Virus record (IMG/VR): IMGVR_UViG_3300017707_000280
Coordinates: 1 to 34,458 of that record
DNA from: a virus
Lineage: Duplodnaviria; Caudoviricetes
Direction: 5' to 3' (one strand)
Length of the DNA: 34,458 bases
Shown: positions 9,652 through 17,065 of the stretch, piece by piece
How positions within the stretch are numbered: the first letter of the stretch is position 1
Layout of the letters: each line of letters begins with the position of its first letter
Program-made: the position numbers and the translations under genes
Notes under the pieces: model-generated
Told to the model about the DNA's origin: nothing
Seen by the model: the letters and a program-made list of their open reading frames with translations, nothing else
Databases searched by the model: none

Positions 9652-10350
9652 ATTGACCCAATCAGCATTTGCCTCCTTGCGGCAGGACTTGTCAAACAGA
9701 TTCAAGCTGGCTGTGAACTTTATAAACAAGCAAAAGAATCTTTTGTTGAAATTAAAGCCACTGCTGATGAAGTTATTGCCATTGGTAAAGAAGTCCATGG
9801 ATTTTGGGGTCAGCTTCTTGCGTTCTTTGGTAGCAAGCCAAAGCCTCAAGTTGCAAATCCTGTGGCTAAGTCTAAGAAATCTGTTTACAAGTCTGTTGAC
9901 GAAACTCAAGTCAAAATTGACATTGTTTCTAACCTGACATCGTTTTTCAAACTTCAAGAACAACTTGCGGCACACATAAGGGAAGAAGAAGAAAAGAGTC
10001 TGACAGTCTATGACCCTGACCAGAACCACATGGAAGCGGCTTTAAAGAGGGTGATGGCACAGCAAGAGATGGATGCGTTAGTAGTGCAGATTCGTGAGTG
10101 TATGGTGTATCAAAGCCCTCCTGAGATGGGCGCACTGTACTCAGAGGTCTTCAGCATGAAGGACAAGATTGAAGAGGAGCAAACTCAGGCAAGGTTAAGG
10201 CAAGAAGCTATCAAAAGGCAAGAGGTATGGCTACGCAAAGAGGAGGAAAGAAACCTACAAGCAAAGCTAGGAGCAGTAATAGCGACTTCTATATTCCTCC
10301 TGTACCTGTGGCTGTGGCTGTTGTTCGTAAGTCATTGGGGGAAGAAATGA
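9652..10350 (+). CDS. Membrane-anchored coiled-coil protein, probably initiated at ATT (about 232 aa)
   Basis: The frame of the tracked 9862-10350 ORF stays open back to 9643; AAGGA RBS 6 nt before ATT-GAC-CCA-ATC (IDPISICLLAAG...); C-terminal TM helix. Confidence 0.65.
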   Translation: MDPISICLLAAGLVKQIQAGCELYKQAKESFVEIKATADEVIAIGKEVHGFWGQLLAFFGSKPKPQVANPVAKSKKSVYKSVDETQVKIDIVSNLTSFFKLQEQLAAHIREEEEKSLTVYDPDQNHMEAALKRVMAQQEMDALVVQIRECMVYQSPPEMGALYSEVFSMKDKIEEEQTQARLRQEAIKRQEVWLRKEEERNLQAKLGAVIATSIFLLYLWLWLLFVSHWGKK

Positions 10351-10514
10351 TTGGATGGATTGCCGCTTGCGTACTGATAGCCTTGCTTTTGCCTTTGATG
10401 GCATTTCTTTATCTTGACATACTTGAAGTTAAAAATGAGGCAAGGTCTCAGATCGAAAAAGTTGAGAAATTGAGAAGACAGGTTGAACAAAAGGAAAGGA
10501 AGAAAGATGACTAA
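10347..10514 (+). CDS. Small single-pass membrane protein (lysis cassette)
   Basis: ATGA overlap; N-terminal TM (IGWIAACVLIALLLPLMAFLYL) then charged coiled coil. Confidence 0.7.
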   Translation: MIGWIAACVLIALLLPLMAFLYLDILEVKNEARSQIEKVEKLRRQVEQKERKKDD

Positions 10515-10833
10515 GCAATTGGAAAAAGATTCTGTTTACAACCAATTTGACACTGACCGTGATGGTGTAGTGACTGATGCTGAGTTGGCAAGGTCTGAGC
10601 GCATGATTCAGATTGAAAATCTTGACAAGATGGCTGACCAACAAAGGGTTATGGCATGGGCGGCACTTGGCGCACCTCCTGTTTTGATTGCTTTCTTGGC
10701 CTCTGCTTGGGTGACGCTTGAAAAAGTTAATGCTTTGGCAGGGCTGACTACAACTTACTGTGCGGCAATGGGAACGATTGTGGTTGCGTTTATGGCGGCA
10801 CAAGCCTATGTTCGTGGGAAGACAAGCGAATGA
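10507..10833 (+). CDS. Putative holin with N-terminal EF-hand loop
   Basis: DTDRDGVVTDAE canonical EF-hand loop; two hydrophobic helices; directly upstream of spanins and endolysin. Confidence 0.6.
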   Translation: MTKQLEKDSVYNQFDTDRDGVVTDAELARSERMIQIENLDKMADQQRVMAWAALGAPPVLIAFLASAWVTLEKVNALAGLTTTYCAAMGTIVVAFMAAQAYVRGKTSE

Positions 10834-11318
10834 GTATCTTTAACCCTTGGGTGATTCTTGCCTTCATTTTGGCAATGATTACATCATTTAGTGGTGGCTA
10901 CTTGAAGGGTGGGCAAGATGAGTTTGCCAAACAACAAATGGAGATAGCTCGTTTAAACAATGAGGCTAGGCAAACGGAACAGGCACTGGTGACAGCGGTG
11001 CAGAAACAAGCAACTGAACTGGTAAAGGCAAACAACAATGCAAAACTTGTTATTCAAAAGCGTAATTCTGACATTGATTCTGGTGCTCTCAGGTTGCGGA
11101 TTCCTGTCAAAACGCCCTCCTGCCCAACCTTATCAACCACCTCAGATGCCCCCGTTGCCGAGCGACCTGACCCCCCAACAGCCGAACTTCAGCCAGAGAC
11201 TGCTAGAGATATTCTCGCCATCGCAGACGAAGCCGACCTCACAGCCAGAAAGCTCAACGCCTGTATCGCAACCTATAACCAAGTCAGAGAAATGATTAAC
11301 CAGAAGGAAACCAAATGA
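10830..11318 (+). CDS. rz: i-spanin (Rz-like)
   Basis: N-terminal TM, coiled coil, LRLRIPV and LNACIATY motifs typical of Rz. Confidence 0.85.
   Translation: MSIFNPWVILAFILAMITSFSGGYLKGGQDEFAKQQMEIARLNNEARQTEQALVTAVQKQATELVKANNNAKLVIQKRNSDIDSGALRLRIPVKTPSCPTLSTTSDAPVAERPDPPTAELQPETARDILAIADEADLTARKLNACIATYNQVREMINQKETK
11038..11295 (+). CDS. rz1: o-spanin lipoprotein (Rz1-like), embedded in +1 frame of Rz
   Basis: Signal peptide with lipobox LSGC, Pro-rich mature part, fully nested in Rz as in lambda. Confidence 0.85.
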   Translation: MQNLLFKSVILTLILVLSGCGFLSKRPPAQPYQPPQMPPLPSDLTPQQPNFSQRLLEIFSPSQTKPTSQPESSTPVSQPITKSEK

Positions 11319-11779
11319 ACTTATCAGCCAACTTCACCCTGAAAGAACTCACCAAGTCAGACACTGCCACTCGTTTGGGTTTAGACAATACACCTGATGA
11401 ACAGGCACTTGAGAACTTGAAGACTCTTTGCGAAAAGGTATTGCAACCTGTTCGTGAACACTTTGGTAAGTCGGTGACCGTGAACTCTGGTTACCGTAGC
11501 CCTGAGTCCAATGCGGCTGTAGGTGGTTCTAAGACCAGTGACCATTGCAAAGGTCAGGCGGCTGACATTGAGATTACTGGTGTTGCCAATGCTGATCTGG
11601 CTCAGTGGATTATGGACAACTTGGACTACACACAATTGATCTTAGAGTTCTACACCCAAGGTGTACCTGATTCTGGTTGGGTTCATGTGTCTTATGACCC
11701 AAACAACCTGAAGAAACAAGAACTGACTGCCACTAAGATAGCTGGTAAGACCACCTACCTCAATGGCTTAGTTGCTTAA
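11315..11779 (+). CDS. Endolysin, peptidase M15A family Zn-peptidase
   Basis: NFTLKEL, SGYRS, SDHCKGQAAD, WVHVSY motifs. Confidence 0.9.
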   Translation: MNLSANFTLKELTKSDTATRLGLDNTPDEQALENLKTLCEKVLQPVREHFGKSVTVNSGYRSPESNAAVGGSKTSDHCKGQAADIEITGVANADLAQWIMDNLDYTQLILEFYTQGVPDSGWVHVSYDPNNLKKQELTATKIAGKTTYLNGLVA

Positions 11780-11874
11780 TCGTCAAAGAAGTGGAGGAAG
11801 ACCCATATACCGATTATGAGTGCTCCTCCACCAATTGCCAAAACTGTGATTAGGCCAAGTACATTTTCAATCAT
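11776..11874 (-). CDS. 32-aa single-pass membrane peptide
   Basis: Read manually: MIENVLGLITVLAIGGGALIIGIWVFLHFFDD; start overlaps upstream stop, stop overlaps endolysin stop. Confidence 0.6.
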   Translation of the reverse strand: MIENVLGLITVLAIGGGALIIGIWVFLHFFDD

Positions 11875-12211
11875 GTGTAACTCTCCATTCACGCTCGTTG
11901 CGTCCTGATTTAGACTTGACTGTGCGTCCTGTCAACTCAATCAAGTTCATGTTGGACAACTCGTTTAAACGCCTTGCAACCTGATTAGACTCTAACCCAC
12001 TATGTTGGGCAATTCCATCTTTACCAAGCGAGCCATGAGCCTTTAAAGCGTCCACAATCATGCAAAAATGTTTAGAAGCCAAGTCCTTTGCAGAATCAGC
12101 GGCTTCATAACTGGTTGTTGGGTCAGATGTTCTCACCCGATTAAAGATAGGCAAGTCAAAGAACTTCTTTACTTCACCGCCAAAATGTATATCGTCAAGT
12201 TTGCTCATCAT
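11867..12211 (-). CDS. Winged-helix DNA-binding protein
   Basis: RTSDPTTSYEAA motif followed by wHTH (QVARRLNEL...LIELTG...SGRNEREW); AGGAG RBS. Confidence 0.7.
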   Translation of the reverse strand: MMSKLDDIHFGGEVKKFFDLPIFNRVRTSDPTTSYEAADSAKDLASKHFCMIVDALKAHGSLGKDGIAQHSGLESNQVARRLNELSNMNLIELTGRTVKSKSGRNEREWRVTHD

Positions 12212-12264
12212 TCACTCCTGTTAAGTTAGTGGGTACTCACTTACGCTTTCCCCATTGAGTCACA

Positions 12265-12519
12265 TCAAAAAGGTATGTCCGAATCCATGTCCTCAATCTT
12301 AGCTTTAGGCTTGCTTTGAGGCTGTTCTGCTTGTTCTTCTTTGGGTTTTTTGGGGTTGACTGCTAATCCCATGAACTTACCGTTCTTACCCTCTTTAATC
12401 CATGCTGACAGCCAAAAGTCCTGTCCATCAACACGAATGTTGCCTTTATAGTCAGGATCATTAAATTTTTCTTTCTTGTCGTTCTTAAACAATACACCTG
12501 AGTTATCACGCTGTTCCAT
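12265..12519 (-). CDS. Single-stranded DNA-binding protein-like
   Basis: [18 protein letters not shown] core and acidic SSB-type tail DMDSDIPF; next to exonuclease and annealase. Confidence 0.7.
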   Translation of the reverse strand: MEQRDNSGVLFKNDKKEKFNDPDYKGNIRVDGQDFWLSAWIKEGKNGKFMGLAVNPKKPKEEQAEQPQSKPKAKIEDMDSDIPF

Positions 12520-12521
12520 AT

Positions 12522-13142
12522 TTACACCTTAATTTCATTGAGTTTTTTCACTTTGTCATCCACTTCTACAAGAAACTGGACAACCTCTTTTTCGAGTTCT
12601 GCAATATACAAGTCATTGCGCTCGATTCTTTTGACAAGCAGTTGTAGGTGCGCTGGCATTCGTGGGTCGAAACTCACAAAGTCGCACCAACTTCTGTTTG
12701 CACACGCCATTTGCCACTGCATCTGGTCGTAATACTTCTTTGCAGGTTCATCGCCAAGAATAGTGTCGATATGGGTTGAAGTGTTAGGACACTTGATCTC
12801 TAAGCATCCATCGTCACCAATCAGACCGTCAGGAGAGGCGGCAGACATAGCAATTCTTGGATGGTCAATAGCACCTACCTGATCGACTGTATTGCCTGTT
12901 TTAACCTCGTATGCGGCTCTGGCAAAGGGTTCGTTCTCGACACCCCACTCCATTGCGGCATTTGAGTATGACTCACCTACTTGGTTAGTCATGCGCTCGA
13001 CTACCAACTGCGCCATGTAGTTTGCTCTACTGGTGCTGTAGCCTGTCTTTGTCTTGGCAACAATGTCAGAGATACGAGAAGCAGTGGCTTTTCCACAACG
13101 CTGTGCAAACCATTCAGGAGAACCTTGTTCAATATCACTCAT
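12522..13142 (-). CDS. Lambda-exonuclease / YqaJ family recombination nuclease
   Basis: [36 protein letters not shown] motifs. Confidence 0.92.
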   Translation of the reverse strand: MSDIEQGSPEWFAQRCGKATASRISDIVAKTKTGYSTSRANYMAQLVVERMTNQVGESYSNAAMEWGVENEPFARAAYEVKTGNTVDQVGAIDHPRIAMSAASPDGLIGDDGCLEIKCPNTSTHIDTILGDEPAKKYYDQMQWQMACANRSWCDFVSFDPRMPAHLQLLVKRIERNDLYIAELEKEVVQFLVEVDDKVKKLNEIKV

Positions 13143-13366
13143 GCTTCCCTCGCTATCAACATATCGTCTGCCATTTCATATGCAAGAGGCGCAATATATT
13201 TATCACCACACTTAACACACCCACCATCGTGAGCGTCAGCGGCAATTAAACCTTGCATAGCCTTTGCCGCAAAGTAGTCCCGCAATGTCATGCCACTGTG
13301 ACCACTGCTTACCCAATCGTTAAGCGTTACTTCGTTACCACTTGGAAATGCTGGTGGGTTGTTCAT
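13139..13366 (-). CDS. Conserved phage protein (PAFP...GMTLRDYFAAKAMQG)
   Basis: Widespread small phage-family motif; AAGGAG RBS. Confidence 0.8.
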   Translation of the reverse strand: MNNPPAFPSGNEVTLNDWVSSGHSGMTLRDYFAAKAMQGLIAADAHDGGCVKCGDKYIAPLAYEMADDMLIAREA

Positions 13367-13635
13367 TTCAATGCTCCTTTACGCTTCACTGTGCCAACCA
13401 AATTTCCACCATTAATTTCAGATAAAAGATGCTTGGCAACATTTAAAACTTGGCGAGCATTGTTTGAGTCGCCTTCAGCTATTAAATCTTGAGCATTGGT
13501 TATTAAATCAATAACAACACTGTTCCCGCCTTTGACTTTGTATGTAATGGTTTGCGTAATACCCAAAGCATATTTTTCAATATGGTCAACGCCATATCTG
13601 CGTCTATTGCGGCTTACTTCTGGATATGAAGTCAT
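13363..13635 (-). CDS. Hypothetical protein
   Basis: Coupled ORF (ATGA overlaps on both sides). Confidence 0.65.
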   Translation of the reverse strand: MTSYPEVSRNRRRYGVDHIEKYALGITQTITYKVKGGNSVVIDLITNAQDLIAEGDSNNARQVLNVAKHLLSEINGGNLVGTVKRKGALK

Positions 13636-14192
13636 TTCAACGCCCCTTTACGCTTTTCTTTAGCATCAATTACTTTTTTCTGCCAATTCTTATCAGAACC
13701 GCAAGCACTGTAAGCAGTGGAGTAAACATCTTTCAACTCCTCAATGGTGGATGCCGCTTCAATAGCCGCTAAATGGTCAATCATCATTCCTACATCTATG
13801 TCTGAACCCTCACCTTCAGGCAAGTCTTCTCCAGCATAGATATACAGACCCAAACCATGCAGAGACAAAGCCTTAGTCATGCAACGCATGATGGCGGTGT
13901 TGACTGCAAACGCATCAGGATTAGGGATTGCTTTGTTTTTGTAGTCCATCACTGGTAATTGGCAAGTCATTGGTTTGCCAAACATAGTGACTGTGACGAA
14001 CACCATTGCAGTGCCGTTTATGTCCATGAAACACTTGTCACCAAACATTTCGATCTTGTAACTTGCATCGGGGTCTGCTTTGAGTGCTTCTGCCCATGCC
14101 CACGCCCATGAAAGATATGTCAAATTTCCTTTCTTCTCAGTATGTTCATTGACATTCTTACCGAGAAGACTTAACACCTGTTCTTGATTCAT
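13632..14192 (-). CDS. Sak-type single-strand annealing protein (DUF1071-like, Rad52 superfamily)
   Basis: LTYLSWAWAW, LPVMD, IMRCMTKALSLHGLGLYIYAGEDLP motifs. Confidence 0.85.
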   Translation of the reverse strand: MNQEQVLSLLGKNVNEHTEKKGNLTYLSWAWAWAEALKADPDASYKIEMFGDKCFMDINGTAMVFVTVTMFGKPMTCQLPVMDYKNKAIPNPDAFAVNTAIMRCMTKALSLHGLGLYIYAGEDLPEGEGSDIDVGMMIDHLAAIEAASTIEELKDVYSTAYSACGSDKNWQKKVIDAKEKRKGALK

Positions 14193-14386
14193 TCCTCAAC
14201 TCCCATCACATCGTTAAAAATATCTATCGCTTCTTTGTTTACTGCCCACATTGCCAACAGTGTTAGATCACTGTGGATTAGGGCAATATCTTTATTGAAC
14301 CCTACGAATCTTTTGTGTAGGCACTTCTCCTCCAGACTCTTTGTTGTTCTTTCTATCCGCATTAGGATTGTTGAATAATCCAGCAT
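14189..14386 (-). CDS. Hypothetical protein
   Basis: AGGAG RBS within the repeated TTAACAGGAGTGAA leader; coupled to annealase. Confidence 0.65.
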   Translation of the reverse strand: MLDYSTILMRIERTTKSLEEKCLHKRFVGFNKDIALIHSDLTLLAMWAVNKEAIDIFNDVMGVEE

Positions 14387-14609
14387 TTTTCACTCCTGTT
14401 AAATGCTTCTTCCATGTATCCTGAACATTTGTCAGGGCTGAGTTCACATACCCGAATGTTGGGTCGGTGATTAGTTTGGATGGCATAACCACCCTTTGTG
14501 TCTTTGGTTGCTCTTTTAATCGTTTAGCCGCCTTTTGTCGCAATTTCGTGCGCTCTTTCAAACTGAGTGTGGGTGTCCAAATCTGAAAATAAGATAAAAA
14601 ACGAGTCAT
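14292..14609 (-). CDS. Hypothetical protein (FGYVNSALTNVQDTWKK motif); start uncertain (14609 or 14486)
   Basis: Open frame overlapping both neighbours; motif resembles a recurrent small phage family. Confidence 0.45.
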   Translation of the reverse strand: MTRFLSYFQIWTPTLSLKERTKLRQKAAKRLKEQPKTQRVVMPSKLITDPTFGYVNSALTNVQDTWKKHLTGVKNAGLFNNPNADRKNNKESGGEVPTQKIRRVQ

Positions 14610-14712
14610 CGCAACATTTATCTGTTGGGTTACGAGGTTTAATGCAGAACGAACAGTAATACTCATTGGAATGCTCCTCAATGATTCTTTCAAGATTCAG
14701 CTTAGTTTTCAT
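14524..14712 (-). CDS. Small Cys-containing protein (CxxC...CC, possible Zn binding)
   Basis: ATG 14712 with GAGG RBS, overlapping upstream stop. Confidence 0.55.
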   Translation of the reverse strand: MKTKLNLERIIEEHSNEYYCSFCIKPRNPTDKCCDDSFFILFSDLDTHTQFERAHEIATKGG

Positions 14713-15043
14713 TGCTGGCCTCGCTGTGGTAAGGGTTGATTTTAGGCAACTTAGGCTTGTTCTGTTCAATAGCCTCACGCTGTAATTCCATGCGGTAAAA
14801 ACGCCACAACTGGAGTTCTTCATCGCTGTCAACCCAAGGGGTCAGCGGTATTTCTAATGCTGTTTGTGCAAGTCGTTCTGCTTTGAGTTCGACTCTTGAT
14901 CGAACCATGTCTGCAACATCAGCCCATGCGTTTGACTGTATTGCTTCTACGATAGCTTGGCTATCGCATATCGCATCTGCAACATCTTCTGAGTTGATGT
15001 CTTGCAGTGCCATCCACTTTTCTCTCTCTAAATCAATCATCAT
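14702..15043 (-). CDS. Hypothetical acidic protein
   Basis: AGGAG RBS in repeated leader. Confidence 0.7.
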   Translation of the reverse strand: MMIDLEREKWMALQDINSEDVADAICDSQAIVEAIQSNAWADVADMVRSRVELKAERLAQTALEIPLTPWVDSDEELQLWRFYRMELQREAIEQNKPKLPKINPYHSEASNEN

Positions 15044-15081
15044 TCACTCCTGTTAAAAAACCTATCAATGCGTGTATTCTG

Positions 15082-15267
15082 TCAGACACTATCATAATTA
15101 CTATAGGTAGTTTCCCTAATACACTTATGAAGGTCTGCAAGAGACTTGTTAGTGAACACTTTGCCGCAACCCAAGCAAATCCAAGCAATTCCCATCTTTA
15201 CTTCAGTTCTACGCTTGCCACTCTCTCCTCTTTGTTTACCAAAGAATGTTCTTATTTGCTGAATCAT
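15082..15267 (-). CDS. Small zinc-finger protein (C-x2-C-x3-F-x8-H-x-C)
   Basis: CLGCGKVFTNKSLADLHKC; ATGA coupling. Confidence 0.6.
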   Translation of the reverse strand: MIQQIRTFFGKQRGESGKRRTEVKMGIAWICLGCGKVFTNKSLADLHKCIRETTYSNYDSV

Positions 15268-15434
15268 TTTTTGTTAGACGAGGATTTTGAGTAAATCAGC
15301 ACTTGATTCTTGTCGTTGATTTCACCCTTTTCCTGTCGTTTCTTTGCAGAATTATCGCCCTGTATATAGCGTTTCATCTTTTGGTCTGTCAACCAGATTG
15401 ATGGTTGACCTTTGTAATCAAATGCGTTGTTCAT
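15264..15434 (-). CDS. Hypothetical protein (56 aa)
   Basis: Read manually: MNNAFDYKGQPSIWLTDQKMKRYIQGD...; AAGGAG RBS; ATGA overlaps both sides. Confidence 0.65.
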   Translation of the reverse strand: MNNAFDYKGQPSIWLTDQKMKRYIQGDNSAKKRQEKGEINDKNQVLIYSKSSSNKK

Positions 15435-15838
15435 GTGTTCTTCTCCTTGAGTTTGGCTTCAATAGCGTTGTAAAAACTAAGCTGTGTTGTTGTGGACTCC
15501 ATGCAACAAGCCGCTATTTCTTCAACCGTCAGCCCTACCCATGTGCGCTGTGGTGGGTGGGTTGCTTCACCTCTGGCTCTGATGGCAGAGGCGCAAGTCA
15601 CGAATGCGCCGCCTATCATGCTCAGGCCGTCTAAGTGTTCCTCACACGCCTTTGCACAGGCTTCACGCTCAATCAAAACCGCTTCATTAAAGGCGGCTAC
15701 GCCTTTTTCATAGCCACTCTGAAACGCTTTGGCGGCTACCAGTTTGACAAAAGCTTCAAGACGCAACAAAGCAGATTTATGCCAATTACATTCGCCATAC
15801 ACCTGTGTAGCCATCGCAATGATTTCATCTTGTGTCAT
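15431..15838 (-). CDS. Mosaic phage protein (EREACAK...AIRARG plus PQRTWVGLT...IEAKLKEKNT modules)
   Basis: Recurrent small-phage-protein modules; coupled. Confidence 0.75.
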   Translation of the reverse strand: MTQDEIIAMATQVYGECNWHKSALLRLEAFVKLVAAKAFQSGYEKGVAAFNEAVLIEREACAKACEEHLDGLSMIGGAFVTCASAIRARGEATHPPQRTWVGLTVEEIAACCMESTTTQLSFYNAIEAKLKEKNT

Positions 15839-15987
15839 TCCTGTACCCTCTTTTTATAGCTCTCTGTTAGCAATTGCTTGAGCCACTTTGATGCGCCAAT
15901 TCGTTTCCATTCCTCATACTGCCATGTCGTAAGTTTTGCTCCAATACGCTTTTGTGATGTGGTTAACTCTGATTTTGGTCTAGGCAT
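15835..15987 (-). CDS. Small ribbon-helix-helix-like DNA-binding protein (50 aa)
   Basis: Read manually: MPRPKSELTTSQKRIGAKLTTWQYEEWKRIGASKWLKQLL...; similar to the 16672 ORF. Confidence 0.6.
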   Translation of the reverse strand: MPRPKSELTTSQKRIGAKLTTWQYEEWKRIGASKWLKQLLTESYKKRVQE

Positions 15988-16130
15988 TTCATGTTCCTGA
16001 TGTAAATTGCAAAACTGCTAATGGTATCTTTACCAAAACCTGTCATCTTCTCAATATCAAGTGCTACTTGTTCAAGAATGTCGTTCCTGAGTTCGTCATA
16101 GACTTGTTGTTGTGTCTTCCATTCAGACAT
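15963..16130 (-). CDS. Hypothetical protein
   Basis: ATG 16130 with GAGGA RBS. Confidence 0.65.
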   Translation of the reverse strand: MSEWKTQQQVYDELRNDILEQVALDIEKMTGFGKDTISSFAIYIRNMKCLDQNQS

Positions 16131-16329
16131 AGATTCCTCGCTTTTCGCAAACGGTGGCATAGTTTTTTGCTTTCTTTTTGTGAAGCCTGATACAAGCCTT
16201 TAAAAGACTTTTCTTCTTGCTGGCTACTTGGATACTCTGTGGCGTGACAGGCCGTGTCAAGACATGGTTTACACCCATCAGCAAAGCAACAATGAGTGCC
16301 ACACGCCCAAACAATTCAGAGAATGTCAT
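16123..16329 (-). CDS. Small membrane-anchored basic protein
   Basis: AAGGAG RBS, N-terminal hydrophobic helix. Confidence 0.6.
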   Translation of the reverse strand: MTFSELFGRVALIVALLMGVNHVLTRPVTPQSIQVASKKKSLLKACIRLHKKKAKNYATVCEKRGIYV

Positions 16330-16564
16330 CGTGGTCGTTCTCCTTAATGAATTTAAGTATTTTGGCAAAGTCTCTGTCGGTCAGGTCATCAGTGATGTCT
16401 ACCCAACTACCATTACTTTTTTTCTGTAGTTCAAAACAGTATTTGCTGTAGAGTCCCTCTTTGGGACTGTAGTCAGGGTCATACGACCATTTAACCCTGA
16501 GTTCATAGTCTTCATCTCGATAGTCAATATCTTGCAGTTCATCAGGAAAAATATCAAATTTCAT
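16316..16564 (-). CDS. Acidic protein (82 aa), first gene of leftward operon
   Basis: GAGG RBS before ATG 16564; 22 Asp/Glu. Confidence 0.7.
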   Translation of the reverse strand: MKFDIFPDELQDIDYRDEDYELRVKWSYDPDYSPKEGLYSKYCFELQKKSNGSWVDITDDLTDRDFAKILKFIKENDHDDIL

Positions 16565-16671
16565 ATACGCCTCTCTGTTGTTGAATGGATAATGTACGAC
16601 ACTATATATTCTGTTGTACACTAGGATATACCCTTATTGTCAAACACTAACCTCACTGATACTTTAGGCAC
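16565..16671. promoter_or_regulatory. Divergent promoter region; rightward sigma70-like TTGTCA-17 bp-TACTTT (with extended TG)
   Basis: Intergenic switch between strands; TTGTCA 16637-16642, TACTTT 16660-16665. Confidence 0.5.
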
Positions 16672-16839
16672 ATGGCACGAAACAAATCAGAAATCACAGG
16701 CAGTCCACACAAAATCGCAACTAGGGTAACTTTTGACCAATGGTCAGAGTTTCGTAGGTTAGGCGGTTCTGTCTGGTTACGAAATTATCTCAAGAATTTA
16801 ATCGAACTTCAAAAGAGTCCACAACAGGGGAAACCATGA
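16672..16839 (+). CDS. Small ribbon-helix-helix-like DNA-binding protein (55 aa)
   Basis: Read manually: MARNKSEITGSPHKIATRVTFDQWSEFRRLGGSVWLRNYL... Confidence 0.65.
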   Translation: MARNKSEITGSPHKIATRVTFDQWSEFRRLGGSVWLRNYLKNLIELQKSPQQGKP

Positions 16840-16985
16840 AAAAAGTCATCATTGGCGCATATTTAGCACTTTCCAGCTTCACATTGTGGGCGGCTTGTTC
16901 AACGCACACCTACTATGCAAACGGCAAATATGTGACTTGCACCACTTGTTGTTATGGGAACAATTGCAATACAAACTGCTATTGA
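16836..16985 (+). CDS. Exported Cys-rich mini-protein (49 aa, signal peptide, 6 Cys)
   Basis: Read manually: MKKVIIGAYLALSSFTLWAACSTHTYYANGKYVTCTTCCYGNNCNTNCY; AGGGG RBS, ATGA overlap. Confidence 0.75.
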   Translation: MKKVIIGAYLALSSFTLWAACSTHTYYANGKYVTCTTCCYGNNCNTNCY

Positions 16986-16998
16986 TGTATGATTGTTT

Positions 16999-17065
16999 GA
17001 AACACGGCTAAATGGGGAGTAGCTACCCCATTGAAAAGAGAACCCACCCCTCCTGCCGCAGTTTC
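16999..17065 (+). other. Candidate structured RNA leader upstream of the replication initiator
   Basis: GAAAC..CGGC / GCCG..GTTTC outer stem enclosing AATGGGG/CCCCATT hairpin; follows TTGCAA-18-TATGAT promoter-like site. Confidence 0.35.

Noticed and set aside
9653-9937. Tracked 94-aa ORF starting TTG at 9653
   Set aside because: Leu/Lys-rich shadow-frame composition; the neighbouring frame (ATT at 9652) is continuous with the downstream gene, although the same RBS could in principle serve either
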